The notes under the pieces: generated by a model
The model's database searches: none
Told to the model about the DNA's origin: nothing
The model's input: only the letters and a program-made list of their open reading frames with translations
Source: Candidatus Krumholzibacteriota bacterium
Lineage (GTDB): Bacteria; Krumholzibacteriota; Krumholzibacteriia; JAJRXK01
Reading direction: 5' to 3'
Length of the DNA stretch: 64,000 nucleotides
NCBI GenBank assembly: GCA_963764625.1
Contig: CAVXTH010000006.1
Location: 480,001 to 544,000, forward strand
Program-made: the position numbers and the translations under genes
In this document: in pieces, positions 9,073 to 19,882 of the stretch
Position numbering within the stretch: position 1 is the stretch's first letter
Layout of the letters: each line of letters starts with the position of its first letter

Positions 9073-10311
9073 ATGCAGGAACGTGATCTGCGTTCCCGTC
9101 TGGCGTTCTTCGACAAGAAGCACGCCAAGCTCACACCGAAGCCGTCCAGCGTCGATCCACGGGTCATGGACCGTGCGCTCGCGCGCTTGGGAGGGCGGAT
9201 CCTGGGCCACGGACCCACGCGCTACCTCCGCATCGAAGAGCCGGTCGATCCGGGAATGTGTCCGGGAAGCCCCACCGGGTGCGTACCGGCCGAGGCTTGG
9301 TACCGGCTCACCGGCAGGGCCGCGCCGAGGGGAGACCATTGGGTGGTGCTGGATACCGAGACGACGGGTCTGCAGACCGGCGCGGGTGGTTTGGTCTTTC
9401 TCGTGGGGCTGCTGCACTGGCAGCCCGGGGGAGCGCGTCTGGTCCAGTACTTCATTCCCGAGCCGGCGGGGGAGACCGGCATGCTCGAGGACTTGTGGAA
9501 CGAGCTCGAGGCGGTGGACGCGATCGTCAGCTACAACGGACTCGCGTTCGACTGCCCGCGTCTGCGCACCCGGGGAATTCTCTCCCGGCTCGACCCCGAG
9601 GTCTTCGACCTTCCTCAACTCGATCTCATGCATCCGGCCCGTAGGATCGCCGCCGCCTGGCTGCCCGATTGCCGGCTCAAGAGTCTGGAGGAGACGCTCC
9701 TGGGCTTCACCCGCGTGGACGACCTGCCGGGAAGCGAAATCCCGGAAGTCTATCGCACTTGGCTGAGCGAGGGTCAGCAGCCGGAGCTGGAGAGGGTCCT
9801 GGAACACAATCGGAAGGACGTGGAGAATCTCATGCGGCTGGCGACCGTTCTTGCCTCGATCTACTCCGATGGCGAGGATCCGCTCGAGTTACCTCCAACT
9901 GCGCACCACCGGCTGGGGAGAACTCTTCTAGCGCGCAAACGCGTCATGGCGGCTCGATACCGCTTCGAGCGCGCGGTGAGGGAGGGAGAGGGGGAGACGG
10001 CTCGGGGCGCAGTCTTGGAGCTGGCTCGGCTGCACAAGAGAGTGGGCGAGTGGCAGAAGGCCCAGGCAATCTACGAGAGAGCTCTGAAAGACTGGCCCTC
10101 GTGGATTCCGGGCCACGTGGAGCTGGCCAAGATCCAGGAGCACCAGCGAAGAGATCCGGCTTCGGCTTTGGACACCGTGACGAGAGCGCTCAAGTTGCTC
10201 GGAAGTTTCTCCTCGGAGGAACGAGATGAAGTCTTTCCGCCGGGGACTGATGAGCTAGAATACCGCCGACAACGCCTGTGCCGCCGTCTGTCAAAGGTCG
10301 CCCTATCGTGA
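9073..10311 (+). CDS. RNase H-like DEDD exonuclease with C-terminal TPRs (MrfB/YprB family)
   Basis: LDTETTGL, VSYNGLAFD, LDLMH, CRLKSLEE.LLG, HNRKDV, then TPR-like helices ending ELEYRRQRL. Directly follows the DUF1998 helicase. Confidence 0.88.
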   Translation: MQERDLRSRLAFFDKKHAKLTPKPSSVDPRVMDRALARLGGRILGHGPTRYLRIEEPVDPGMCPGSPTGCVPAEAWYRLTGRAAPRGDHWVVLDTETTGLQTGAGGLVFLVGLLHWQPGGARLVQYFIPEPAGETGMLEDLWNELEAVDAIVSYNGLAFDCPRLRTRGILSRLDPEVFDLPQLDLMHPARRIAAAWLPDCRLKSLEETLLGFTRVDDLPGSEIPEVYRTWLSEGQQPELERVLEHNRKDVENLMRLATVLASIYSDGEDPLELPPTAHHRLGRTLLARKRVMAARYRFERAVREGEGETARGAVLELARLHKRVGEWQKAQAIYERALKDWPSWIPGHVELAKIQEHQRRDPASALDTVTRALKLLGSFSSEERDEVFPPGTDELEYRRQRLCRRLSKVALS

Positions 10312-11321
10312 ATGCGAGTGAACAACTGCGGCGAGTCTCGGCCCGCAAACGCGCTGCCGCATTTTCCATCGCCCTCAGCGTTGTGCTGCTGGGGGCCAAG
10401 GTCTTTGCGTGGCGTCTCACTGCCTCCACCGCGATTCTCTCGGATGCCATCGAGACGACGATCAACGTCGTCGCCGCCAGTCTCGCCTACTTTTCGATCG
10501 TCCAGGGTGCCAAACCTCCCGACCGCGATCATCCCTACGGACACGGCAAGGCCGAGGACTTTTCGGCTGGGGTCGAGGGAACCCTCATCGTCATCGCGGC
10601 GCTTCTCATCGTGTGGCACGCGCTGCACCGCCTGTTCGATCCGCGCGCGATCGGGCAACTGGATCTGGGGCTCTTGATCATTCTGGGCACGAGTGTCGCC
10701 AACGGTGCGGCGGGCATGTATCTCATCCGGCAGGGGCGAAGCCATGTCAGTCAGGCGTTGGTCGCAGACGGCTACCACCTCATCACCGACACCGTCACCA
10801 GCGTCGGGGTGGTCGTCGGGCTCATCCTGGTGCGGTTCACCGGTAGAGAGTGGCTGGATCCCGTGGCGGCGATTGCGGTGGCGGCCCACATCCTCGTGGT
10901 CGGTTTACAACTCATGCGTCAGTCCGTCGGACGTCTGATGGACGAGGCCGACGAGGAACTTCTCGAGGAGATCGCGACGAGACTTCAGATCACCCGTCTT
11001 CCCGAGTGGATCGACATGCACGAGCTCAGGGTTTGGCGCAGTGGTGATCTCCGGCACATCGATCTGCACCTCACGCTGCCCTGTTACTGGACCGTCGAAC
11101 AGGCCCACGAGACACAAGCTCACCTGAGGGAAGTGCTTCTCGCTCCCTACGACGGGAGAGGGGAGTGCATCGTCCACCTGGATCCGTGCAAGCCAGTGTG
11201 TTGCCACATCTGCGCGGTCAGTAATTGTACAGTGCGCGAGGCCCCGCTGCAGACGCGTCCGGAATGGACGGCGGAGATTCTCGTCCGGGGCCCCGAGGAA
11301 ACCCGCGCGATACGCAACTAG
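10308..11321 (+). CDS. Cation diffusion facilitator family transporter
   Basis: STAILSDAIE, PPDRDHPYGHGKAE, ALVADGYHLITD, WLDP, and a cytosolic domain with HIDLH and HLDPC. Confidence 0.93.
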   Translation: MNASEQLRRVSARKRAAAFSIALSVVLLGAKVFAWRLTASTAILSDAIETTINVVAASLAYFSIVQGAKPPDRDHPYGHGKAEDFSAGVEGTLIVIAALLIVWHALHRLFDPRAIGQLDLGLLIILGTSVANGAAGMYLIRQGRSHVSQALVADGYHLITDTVTSVGVVVGLILVRFTGREWLDPVAAIAVAAHILVVGLQLMRQSVGRLMDEADEELLEEIATRLQITRLPEWIDMHELRVWRSGDLRHIDLHLTLPCYWTVEQAHETQAHLREVLLAPYDGRGECIVHLDPCKPVCCHICAVSNCTVREAPLQTRPEWTAEILVRGPEETRAIRN

Positions 11322-13132
11322 AGAAAGTCGGCGCGGTGATCCTCGATCACGGCGGATTTCCGTAGCTTGTTCTGCCAAGCCAGCAAAAGTTCCCGGCGCC
11401 GGGTGAAGAGCAAGGACTTGCTCAGCGACGCTCTCTGCGACTTGAACTCCATTTCGTCGAAGGGAGTCTTGTAGAGTAGCTTGACGACGTACACGCCCCG
11501 CTGGGTTCTCAACTCGGGAAGCATTTCGCCGACCTTGAGGCCCAGGGCCGCTCTCGCGAACGAGGTGGCGAAACCGATCCCCGGGATGTTCTCCCTCAGA
11601 GTGAAGGTATCGGTTACAGCGTGCTCGAGGCCGAGTTTTTTGGCCGCGCCGGCGAGGCTCGCGCCGTTTTGGATCTCGGTCCAGGCGTTCTTGATCTTCT
11701 CCGCCGCTAGGTCCGTGCGCCGCTGGCGCTGGATTCGGCTCACGATGAGGGAACGCACATCCTCCTGGGGGCGGTACCCGGCCGCAATCTTCTGCGCGAC
11801 CTCGAAGAGGTAGAAGGCGTCCTGCGTCTCGAACACGGGGGAGAGGGTTCCGGTGTCGTGTTCGAACGCGAAATTCGTCCCGGCCAGACTGTTGGCCAGG
11901 TTGGGAATGTTCAGAGTGGCCTGAAACGGCGCGGTCGTGGTGACCTTCATGTCGGCCGCGGCCGCGGCCTTTTCCAGCCCCACGTTCTTCGCGGAGTCAT
12001 GAAGGTCGTTGGCCTTCAACCGTAACTCGTCGGTGGTGGCCTGACTGGCCACGCGGTGCAAGAGGATGTGACGTGCCTTGATCTCGGTCCGCTTGCCTTT
12101 CGCGTCGGTCTTCTCGTCTTCGACCAGAATGAGTTGGTAACCGGAGGGAGTCTTCAACGGCTTGGAGATCTCGCCCACCGGCAGCGCGAACGCCGCATCG
12201 GTGAAGGCCTGCGACATCCGATTCCGATCAAAGAAACCCAGTTCACCGCCTTGGCTCGCGTTGCTCGTATCCTCGCTGTAGGTCTGGGCGGCTTCTTCGA
12301 AGGTGGTCTTGCCGCTCATGACGTCCTTGCGAACCTCGTCCAGGATCGAGATGAGCTCCTGCTCGTCCTGAGCACTGGGCTCCTTGGAAAGGGTGACGAG
12401 CCGCACCGAGACCTGCTCGGGCATTCTGTAGTCGTCTTTATAGTCGTTGTAGAAGGCCTTCACTTCGTCGTCGGTCACTTCCTCGTTCTTCAGGTCGACC
12501 GCGCTCAGCTCGGCGCCCACGTATTCGGCGACCGCGTGCGTGTTCTGCTCGGCGAACGCCTCGCGCAGTTCCGCTTCGCTCACCAGCGCTTTACCGCTGA
12601 TATAATTCTCGAGTTTCTGCAGAGGAACGGTGGAGCGGATGTAGTTCTCGATCTGGTCCCAGGGCAAATTCGGGTTGTTCAAGGCACGAACGTAGGCCTC
12701 GGTGTCGACCTTTCCGTTTTCGTCCGTGAACTGAGACAAGAGAAATGGGGGAGGATTGTTGGAGAGGATGTCGACGATTTCATCATCGCTCACCGACAGG
12801 CCCAGCTTGTCCGCCTGCTGCCGTTCGAGGGTCTCGAGGACGATGTCGTTGTACGCCTGCTCCCGGGCGCGCATGGTCTGGTTCTCGCTGAGACTCTCGC
12901 CTTCGGGAAGTTGCGCGCGCATCTGCTCGAGAATTCCATTGACCCGCTGGTTGAAATCCTCGTAGCTGACTTCGATGCCGTTGACAGTGACGATCGCACT
13001 GGTGCGGCGTTGCGGCTGTTTGTTCTTTCCCCCTTCGAGTCCAATTCCCCAGACGAGAAAGGTGAGACCCAAGAAGGTGACGATCACCACCAAGTAGATT
13101 ATCTTTACCCGGTCTCGCATCGCTTGCATCAT
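11318..13132 (-). CDS. PpiD/SurA-type periplasmic peptidyl-prolyl isomerase chaperone
   Basis: MMQAMRDRVK plus a TM anchor, a SurA_N region, and parvulin motifs YSED..ASQGGELGFF, FTDAAFAL..GEISKP.KT..GYQLI, ARHILL. Confidence 0.9.
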   Translation of the reverse strand: MMQAMRDRVKIIYLVVIVTFLGLTFLVWGIGLEGGKNKQPQRRTSAIVTVNGIEVSYEDFNQRVNGILEQMRAQLPEGESLSENQTMRAREQAYNDIVLETLERQQADKLGLSVSDDEIVDILSNNPPPFLLSQFTDENGKVDTEAYVRALNNPNLPWDQIENYIRSTVPLQKLENYISGKALVSEAELREAFAEQNTHAVAEYVGAELSAVDLKNEEVTDDEVKAFYNDYKDDYRMPEQVSVRLVTLSKEPSAQDEQELISILDEVRKDVMSGKTTFEEAAQTYSEDTSNASQGGELGFFDRNRMSQAFTDAAFALPVGEISKPLKTPSGYQLILVEDEKTDAKGKRTEIKARHILLHRVASQATTDELRLKANDLHDSAKNVGLEKAAAAADMKVTTTAPFQATLNIPNLANSLAGTNFAFEHDTGTLSPVFETQDAFYLFEVAQKIAAGYRPQEDVRSLIVSRIQRQRRTDLAAEKIKNAWTEIQNGASLAGAAKKLGLEHAVTDTFTLRENIPGIGFATSFARAALGLKVGEMLPELRTQRGVYVVKLLYKTPFDEMEFKSQRASLSKSLLFTRRRELLLAWQNKLRKSAVIEDHRADFL

Positions 13133-13256
13133 GAGAAAACACTCTCCCGCCCAGGATTCCGCTACGTTCTCAGGCCGCGCGGTGGCGCGCTGCCTCGGAG
13201 GTTGCCCCGCAGTTTCTCGATGCCGCGCGGGGGAAGCAAGACCTGAAAGAGTATCA

Positions 13257-15123
13257 TTGGCCCCCCGCAGTGGCAAGCTCGCCTCCTCCCGCGCTCGGAG
13301 ATGGCGCGGCGCCGCCCTCGCGGCGGCGCTCGTTCTCACCGCTCTGTCGGCGCGAGCCCACGCCGAGGAATTCCTCTGGCCCCTGCCCGACGCCCCGCGC
13401 GCGATGACCGGAACCTTCATGGAGTTTCGTGAGGGCCGCTATCACAGTGGCGTCGATCTGCGCACCCAAGGACGCGAGGGTCTGCGCGTGGTGGCCCCCG
13501 CAGACGCTTCGGTGGCGCGCCTTCGCAGCAGTGCCAACGGCTACGGGATCGCGGTCTACCTGCGGTTGCCCGACGGCCGCGAGCTGGTATTCGCGCATCT
13601 CTCGGCCCTGGCCGATCGCCTGCGGGCTCCGCTGCTTGCGGCCTGGCGGGCGAGTGGGCGGTACGAACAGGACCTTCGACTCCCACCCGGGACGATCCTG
13701 GTGAAACGGGGAGAGCTCCTGGCTCTGAGCGGCTCCACCGGCGTGGGCGCCCCTCATCTCCACCTGGAGCTGCGGGACGCGGCCGAGCGACCCCTCAATC
13801 CCCTGCGATACGGGTTTGCGCTCCCGGACAGCGTGGCTCCTCGCGTCGTGGCGGCCCGTCTGGTGCCGCTCTCGCCCGCATCCACGGTGGAAGGCGCCAG
13901 GGAGGCGCTCGTCCTGGTTCCCGGCGCTTCGGTGGCGGTGGCGGGAAGCCTGGGCATTATGGTCGAGGTCTCCGACCGCAGCGGCTATGCGCCGTTTCGG
14001 CTCGGTCCGGCGGAAGTGAGTGTCGAGCTCGACGGGCACGAGATCTACCGGCTGCTCAACGATTCTTTCGCCTTCTCCCAGACCGGGCAGATGCGCCTCG
14101 AACGCGCCGTGGACCCCAAGAACCCCAAGCGGAGCTGGCTGCGGCTGTACCGCAGACCGGGCAACGAGCTCCCCGGGCGCGTCGCGGACGGACCGAAGGG
14201 AATGAGCTTCGCCCTGAAGCCCCGAGAGCAGGCGACGCTGCGTCTCAGGGTTCGCGACGCGGCGGGGAACCAGGGAAGCGCGGAATTCCACCTGCGCGGG
14301 GAGAATCCGACGCCGCTCGGCCCAAAAGAGGCCGGCCGGTGGGCGGCGTACTCCAGGGAAGACGCGGGGCCCGGTCGAGCTGGCGAAATCCTCGTGGGCG
14401 GCGTTCCGACGGCGCGGCCACTCCGCTGCGCCTTGAGCCCGGGAGACTCCCTCTTCCTCTTCGATCGCGGCGGCAGTGCCCTGTACCCGGGGGGCGTGGT
14501 GTGGATCGAGCCAGCTCAGGGCCGGCTCGCGCGTCCGGAAGGCATGCGCCTGGAAGGCGCGGCCTGGGTGCTGAAGTCGGCTGGCGCGGTGTTTCGCGAG
14601 GGCTTGCAGCTCACGCTCACCACTGTGAAGGAGAAGGATGCCACGAGGCGTGCGCTCTTTTCTTTCGAGCCGAAGCACGGCTGGAGCTTCGTCGCGGGTC
14701 CCTTTGACTCCACCGGCACGCTGCACGGCACGGTCGAGCAGCCCGGGCATCCTGGCGGTATGCCGCGACCGCTCCGCTCCCCAGCTGGGCGAGTTCCGCT
14801 CGAACGGTCGCCCACTCCGCGAGCACCAGATGCTCGCCGCCGTCCCCGACGCCGCGCGTCACCCCCTTCAGGGCCTGACACTTCCTCGTTGGTCGGCCGT
14901 CGCTCTCTCGTTGAAAGACCCCGGAGCGGGCCTTGGCGAGGAGGGCCCCGTCACCCTACTCGACGGACGGCCCTGGCCTGCACGCTGGGATCCGGAAGGA
15001 GAGCGGGTGGTGTTCGAATTCTGGCTCGACCCGGGTTCGGGAAGCCATCGCCTGACGGTTCGAGCCCAGGACCGGGTGGGGAACCGTTCGCAACGCGAGA
15101 TTCGCCTGGATTTCGGCTCCTGA
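13257..15123 (+). CDS. M23 family metallopeptidase (long FCB type); +1 frameshift near 14746; start uncertain
   Basis: Signal-like N-terminus, YHSGVDLRT, FAHLS, SGSTG..APHLHLELRD. The C-terminus continues in the ORF 14638 frame (GILAVCRD...VRAQDRVGN). Confidence 0.82.
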
Positions 15124-15143
15124 GACCCATTAGCGTGACCCGC

Positions 15144-15172
15144 TTGCTCTGATCGACCGCATTCGCTAGGGT
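15144..15172 (+). promoter_or_regulatory. Candidate sigma70 promoter for dnaE
   Basis: TTGCTC-N17-TAGGGT, the same -10 hexamer as the folK candidate. Confidence 0.4.
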
Positions 15173-15246
15173 GGCGGCGGTTGGCCGCGTGAGCCCCAGG
15201 CGCGAGCCCCCCGAACACCATAGCTGCGCAAGCAATCTCGAGGGCC

Positions 15247-18200
15247 ATGAACGGCGAAACCGGCTTCGTCCATCTTCACGTGCACAGCGACTACAGCTTG
15301 CTGGACGGAGCGGTGAAAGTGAAGGCGCTCGCCCGCCGCGCGGCTGCTCTGCACATGCCGGCCCTCGCGCTCACCGACCACGGAAGTCTATTCGGCGCCG
15401 TCGACTTCTACCTCGCGTGCAAGAAGGAGAAGGTCAAGCCCATCCTGGGCATGGAGGCCTACGTCACGCGCGACCGACGTGAGACCTCGCACGAGCGCTC
15501 GGGACCGCTTCACCATCTCGTTCTCTTGGCCGAAACCGAGAAGGGTTGGCACAACCTCATCAAGCTCTCGTCGCTCGGATACCTGGACGGTCTGAACGAA
15601 AAGCCGCGACTGGACAAGGAACTTCTTGCGCAATACCACGAGGGCCTCATCGCTACCGGCTCGTGCCTCAAGGGTGAGCTCAATGCGGCGCTTCTGCAGG
15701 GCAATCTTCAACAGGCGAAGCGCGTGCTCGCGGAGTATCAGGAGATCTTCGGCCGGGATTCGTTCTTCGTGGAGATCCAGAATCACGGGCTGAAGACCGA
15801 GGCGAGGCACCGCGAGTTGGCCGCGCAGTTCTGCGCCGAGAACGGCGCGAGGATGGTCGCCACGAACGACGTTCATTACCTGGAGGCTCGCGACGCGGCG
15901 GCGCACGATGTCCTCATGGCCATCCAAACCTCGCGGACCGTCGACGATCCCTCGCGTTGGCGTTACGAAGGCAACGAGCACTATCTGAAGTCGGCCGAGG
16001 AGATGGCGGCAGCATTCCCTGATTTTCCCGACGCGATGGCGAATACGGTGGAGATCGCGCAGCGATGCCAGGTCGAACTGAAGATGGGGGAGCATCTGCT
16101 GCCCGTCTTTCCCCTGCCGCCACGATTCGAGAGTTCCGACGAATACCTGCGTGAGCTCGCGCGAGAAGGGGCGCGGGAACGTTTCGGCACCATCGACGAG
16201 ACGATTGCCAAACGTCTGGATTACGAATTAGACGTCATCCGCACTACTGGATTTGCCGGGTACTTTCTCATCGTCAGTGACTTCGTCAGAGCGGCGCGCG
16301 AGATGGGGATCCCGGTGGGGCCCGGCCGGGGAAGCGCGGCCGGCAGTTTGGTGTGCTATTCCATCCGAATCACCGACGTCGATCCTCTGGCCCACGGACT
16401 CCTGTTCGAACGCTTCTTGAATCCCGAACGCGTTTCGATGCCCGACATCGACATCGATTTCTGCTTCGAGCGGCGCTCGGAAATCATCGACTTCGTCAAT
16501 CGAAAGTACGGTTCGGAGAGCGTCTGTCAGATCATCACCTACGGCGCCATGCTCGCGCGCGGGGTCCTGCGCGACGTCGGCCGGGCGATGGGCATGAATT
16601 ACGGTGAGGTCGATCGCATCGCCAAGATGGTGCCCGAGCAGCTCGGAATCACTCTGAAGAAGGCGCTCGAGAATTCCGCAGAATTGAGGGAAGTCCGCGA
16701 GGAGGATCCCCGCTATGACCGTCTTCTGGACACCTCGCTCTCGCTCGAGGGCCTGTATCGGCACACCTCGATCCACGCCGCCGGAGTCTTGATCGCGCCG
16801 GGAAGTCTGACCGACAACGTCCCCCTCTACAAGACGAGCAAGAACGAAATCACCACCCAGTGGGACATGAAGATGGTGGAGACGATGGGTCTGCTCAAGA
16901 TGGACTTCTTGGGGCTGCGAACGCTCACCGTCATCGAAAAGGCGCTGGACTTCGTGCGGGATGAGAACCCCGATCTGAAGGACCTGGAGGCGTCGGCCAT
17001 TCCGCTCACGGATCCCGCCGTCTACGAGATGCTCGGACGCGGAGAGACCGTCGGCGTCTTCCAGTTGGAATCCAGCGGCATGCGAGAGGTCTTGCGCAAG
17101 TTGAAGCCGACCGGATTCGAGGACATCACCGCCGTGAACGCGTTGTACCGGCCCGGTCCTCTCGGCAGCGGCATGGTGGAGGATTTCATCGAACGCAAGC
17201 ACGGACGCAAGCGCATCGAGTATCCGCACCCTCTGCTCGAGCCCATTCTGAAGGAGACTTACGGGGTCATCCTCTACCAGGAACAGGTCATGCGTATCGC
17301 GGGAGACATGGCTGGATTCAGCATGGGGCAAGCGGACACCCTACGGAAGGCGATGGGCAAGAAGAACCACACGGTGATGACGCAAATGGAGAGGGCGTTC
17401 GTGGACGGCGCGGTGGAGCGTGGCGTGAAACAGGGGGTGGCGCAGAAGATCTTCGACCTGATGGCCTATTTCGCCGGTTATGGTTTCAACAAGAGTCACA
17501 GCGCCAGCTACGCCGTACTCTCGGTGCGCACCGCATGGCTGAAGAGGCACTATCCCGCCGCCTTCCTCGCGGCCACGCTGACCAGCGAAATGAACAACAC
17601 CGATCGGGTGGTGGCTCTGATCGACGAGGCCCGACATCTCTCGCTCACCGTTTTGCCTCCCGACGTGAACACCTGCACTGCCGATTTCAAGGCCAATGGC
17701 CTCACGATACGCTTCGGACTCGGCGCGGTGAAGAACGTGGGTAGGGGAGCGATCGAGGCTATCGTACAGGTGCGGGAAGAACTGGGCGGAAGCTTCAGCG
17801 GTTTCTACGAGTTTTGCGAGCGAGTCGACGGTTCGCGCGTGAATCGGCGCGTCATCGAGAGTCTCATCTACGCGGGAGCGCTGGACAGTCTGCCGGGCCG
17901 TCGCGAGCAGAAGCTGGAGGTGCTGGATCAAGCGTTGCGTAGAGCGGCTCGTCGTCAGCGCGATCGGCTCCGCGGCCAGGCGGGGCTCTTTGAAAGCAGT
18001 GAAGAGAAGCGCACCACCGAGAGCCCGCTTCCCGAGGTTCCACCATGGGACGAAGGCAAGCGGCTCGAGAAGGAAAAGGAACTGCTGGGTCTCTACCTCA
18101 CGGGCCATCCTCTGAATCAGTATCGCCGAATCCTCCAGTGGCTGAAGCCCGAGAGCACGCTTCAGCTGAGCCAACGGGGCGACGACCGGGCACTCGCTCT

Positions 18201-18771
18201 GTGCGGCGTGGTACACGGACTCAAGACGGTCGTGACGCGCTCGAGTGGACGGATCATGGCATTTCTCACCCTGGAGGATTTTGATGGACCCTGTGAAGTG
18301 ATCTGCTTTCCCGACGTGTACGAGGAGCATCGCGTGTTGCTCTCGAGCGGAGAGGAAATCCTCTTCGTGGCGGGGCGCAGCAGTTCACGTTCCGGCGAGG
18401 AGAGCAAGCTCGTGCTCGAGAAGGCCTACAGTCTCAGCGGTGCGTGCCGGTTCTTGATCCGTTCGGTGAAGGTAAGAGTTCCCGCCGATCTCCCAGCAGC
18501 TCGGGTCGAGGAACTGCTCGCGCTGGTGAAAGCGAATCCCGGGAAAACGCCTCTGAATCTGCGAATCTGTGAGGGGGACTTCGAGGCAGAAGTGACCGCG
18601 ACGCGGGCTTCCGTGGAACCGGTCCCGGCCTTGCTGATGGGGCTTGTGGATCTTTTGGGCGAGGATGCGGTGCAGCCCATTTGTCTGAAGGCGCATGGTT
18701 TCGCGGAGACTCCTCGTGGTGGAGGCCACCGGAGGCGCGGAATGGCCGCGAACGGCCAGTCCAAGCATTGA
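15247..18771 (+). CDS. dnaE: DNA polymerase III alpha subunit
   Basis: PHP domain HLHVHSDYSLLDG, GPGRGSAAGS, MPDIDIDF, KMDFLGLRTL, YGFNKSH, C-terminal OB fold. Confidence 0.98.
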   Translation: MNGETGFVHLHVHSDYSLLDGAVKVKALARRAAALHMPALALTDHGSLFGAVDFYLACKKEKVKPILGMEAYVTRDRRETSHERSGPLHHLVLLAETEKGWHNLIKLSSLGYLDGLNEKPRLDKELLAQYHEGLIATGSCLKGELNAALLQGNLQQAKRVLAEYQEIFGRDSFFVEIQNHGLKTEARHRELAAQFCAENGARMVATNDVHYLEARDAAAHDVLMAIQTSRTVDDPSRWRYEGNEHYLKSAEEMAAAFPDFPDAMANTVEIAQRCQVELKMGEHLLPVFPLPPRFESSDEYLRELAREGARERFGTIDETIAKRLDYELDVIRTTGFAGYFLIVSDFVRAAREMGIPVGPGRGSAAGSLVCYSIRITDVDPLAHGLLFERFLNPERVSMPDIDIDFCFERRSEIIDFVNRKYGSESVCQIITYGAMLARGVLRDVGRAMGMNYGEVDRIAKMVPEQLGITLKKALENSAELREVREEDPRYDRLLDTSLSLEGLYRHTSIHAAGVLIAPGSLTDNVPLYKTSKNEITTQWDMKMVETMGLLKMDFLGLRTLTVIEKALDFVRDENPDLKDLEASAIPLTDPAVYEMLGRGETVGVFQLESSGMREVLRKLKPTGFEDITAVNALYRPGPLGSGMVEDFIERKHGRKRIEYPHPLLEPILKETYGVILYQEQVMRIAGDMAGFSMGQADTLRKAMGKKNHTVMTQMERAFVDGAVERGVKQGVAQKIFDLMAYFAGYGFNKSHSASYAVLSVRTAWLKRHYPAAFLAATLTSEMNNTDRVVALIDEARHLSLTVLPPDVNTCTADFKANGLTIRFGLGAVKNVGRGAIEAIVQVREELGGSFSGFYEFCERVDGSRVNRRVIESLIYAGALDSLPGRREQKLEVLDQALRRAARRQRDRLRGQAGLFESSEEKRTTESPLPEVPPWDEGKRLEKEKELLGLYLTGHPLNQYRRILQWLKPESTLQLSQRGDDRALALCGVVHGLKTVVTRSSGRIMAFLTLEDFDGPCEVICFPDVYEEHRVLLSSGEEILFVAGRSSSRSGEESKLVLEKAYSLSGACRFLIRSVKVRVPADLPAARVEELLALVKANPGKTPLNLRICEGDFEAEVTATRASVEPVPALLMGLVDLLGEDAVQPICLKAHGFAETPRGGGHRRRGMAANGQSKH

Positions 18772-18863
18772 CAAGCTCTCGCGGACGTTTTTCACTATGA
18801 TTTCACTCTCGGAAATTGGGGCAGGAAGCGATTCCGCGCGCCACTGGTCCCGAGGAGGGCGCG

Positions 18864-19844
18864 ATGGCTGATCCGAAGAAAGCAGGAATCCACCTCGAGT
18901 TCGAGCGGCCGATCGTCGAACTCGAGGAACGCATCCAGGCGCTTCAGGAGTCGGCCAGGGGCACCGAACTCGACGTGAGTTCCGAAGTGGAGCAGTTGCG
19001 TCAGCGGGTGAACAAGCTCGGCGTACAGATCTTCTCCAAACTCGAGCCATGGCAGAGGGTCCAACTCGCGCGTCACCCACGCCGGCCTTACACCCTCGAC
19101 TATCTCGAATTCATCTTCGAAGGGTTCCACGAACTGCACGGCGATCGTGCGTACCGTGACGATGCCAGCATCGTCGGGGGATTCGCGTACCTGGACGACA
19201 AGCCCCTGATGGTCATCGGCCATCAGAAGGGACGCGACACCAAGAGCAACATCTACCGCAATTTCGGAATGCCTCATCCGGAGGGCTACCGCAAGGCGAT
19301 GCGCCTCATGGAACTCGCGGCCAAATTTCGCCGGCCCATCGTGACTTTCGTCGACACCCCGGGAGCGTTCCCCGGTCTGGGGGCCGAGGAACGGGGACAG
19401 GCGGAGGCCATCGCCCACAATCTGAAGGTGATGTCCCGGCTGCCGGTGCCCATCGTGGTGTTCATCACCGGAGAGGGTGGCAGTGGGGGCGCGCTGGCTC
19501 TGGCGGTAGGCGATCGAGTCTACATGCTCGAGAACTCGATTTACTCGGTGATCAGTCCCGAGGGCTGCGCCGCCATCCTGTGGAAGGATCGCTCGAAGGC
19601 GGCCCAGGCCGCGGGAGCCATGCGGATCACCGCCCCTCAGGTCCACAGTCTCGGGGTCGTTGACGGCGTTCTCGCGGAGCCCCTGGGAGGGGCCCACCGG
19701 GACCCCGAAGCCATGGCCTCCACCATCCGCGAGACTCTGGCCCAGTCGCTGCAGGAGCTTTCCAGACTCTCCGTCCAGGCTCTGCTGGACAATCGGCTCT
19801 CAAAGTACCTCAACATGGGGGTTTGGCAGCAGGAGGGAAGCTGA
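18864..19844 (+). CDS. accA: Acetyl-CoA carboxylase carboxyltransferase alpha
   Basis: LEFERPI, ARHPRRPYTLDY, ELHGDR, GHQKGR, PEGYRKA, DTPGA, GEGGSGGAL, SVISPEGCAAILWK. Confidence 0.97.
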   Translation: MADPKKAGIHLEFERPIVELEERIQALQESARGTELDVSSEVEQLRQRVNKLGVQIFSKLEPWQRVQLARHPRRPYTLDYLEFIFEGFHELHGDRAYRDDASIVGGFAYLDDKPLMVIGHQKGRDTKSNIYRNFGMPHPEGYRKAMRLMELAAKFRRPIVTFVDTPGAFPGLGAEERGQAEAIAHNLKVMSRLPVPIVVFITGEGGSGGALALAVGDRVYMLENSIYSVISPEGCAAILWKDRSKAAQAAGAMRITAPQVHSLGVVDGVLAEPLGGAHRDPEAMASTIRETLAQSLQELSRLSVQALLDNRLSKYLNMGVWQQEGS

Positions 19845-19852
19845 GGGCCAGC

Positions 19853-19882
19853 TTGACGGAAGCTGTAATTTTCCCGTATTCT
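19853..19882 (+). promoter_or_regulatory. Candidate sigma70 promoter upstream of the Trm112-like gene and T9SS-related operon
   Basis: TTGACG-N18-TATTCT in an AT-richer stretch. Confidence 0.55.

Noticed and set aside
18768-18801. Perfect TTGACA plus TATGAT upstream of accA
   Set aside because: The two hexamers are 22 nt apart. A promoter is likely in this region but I cannot define it.
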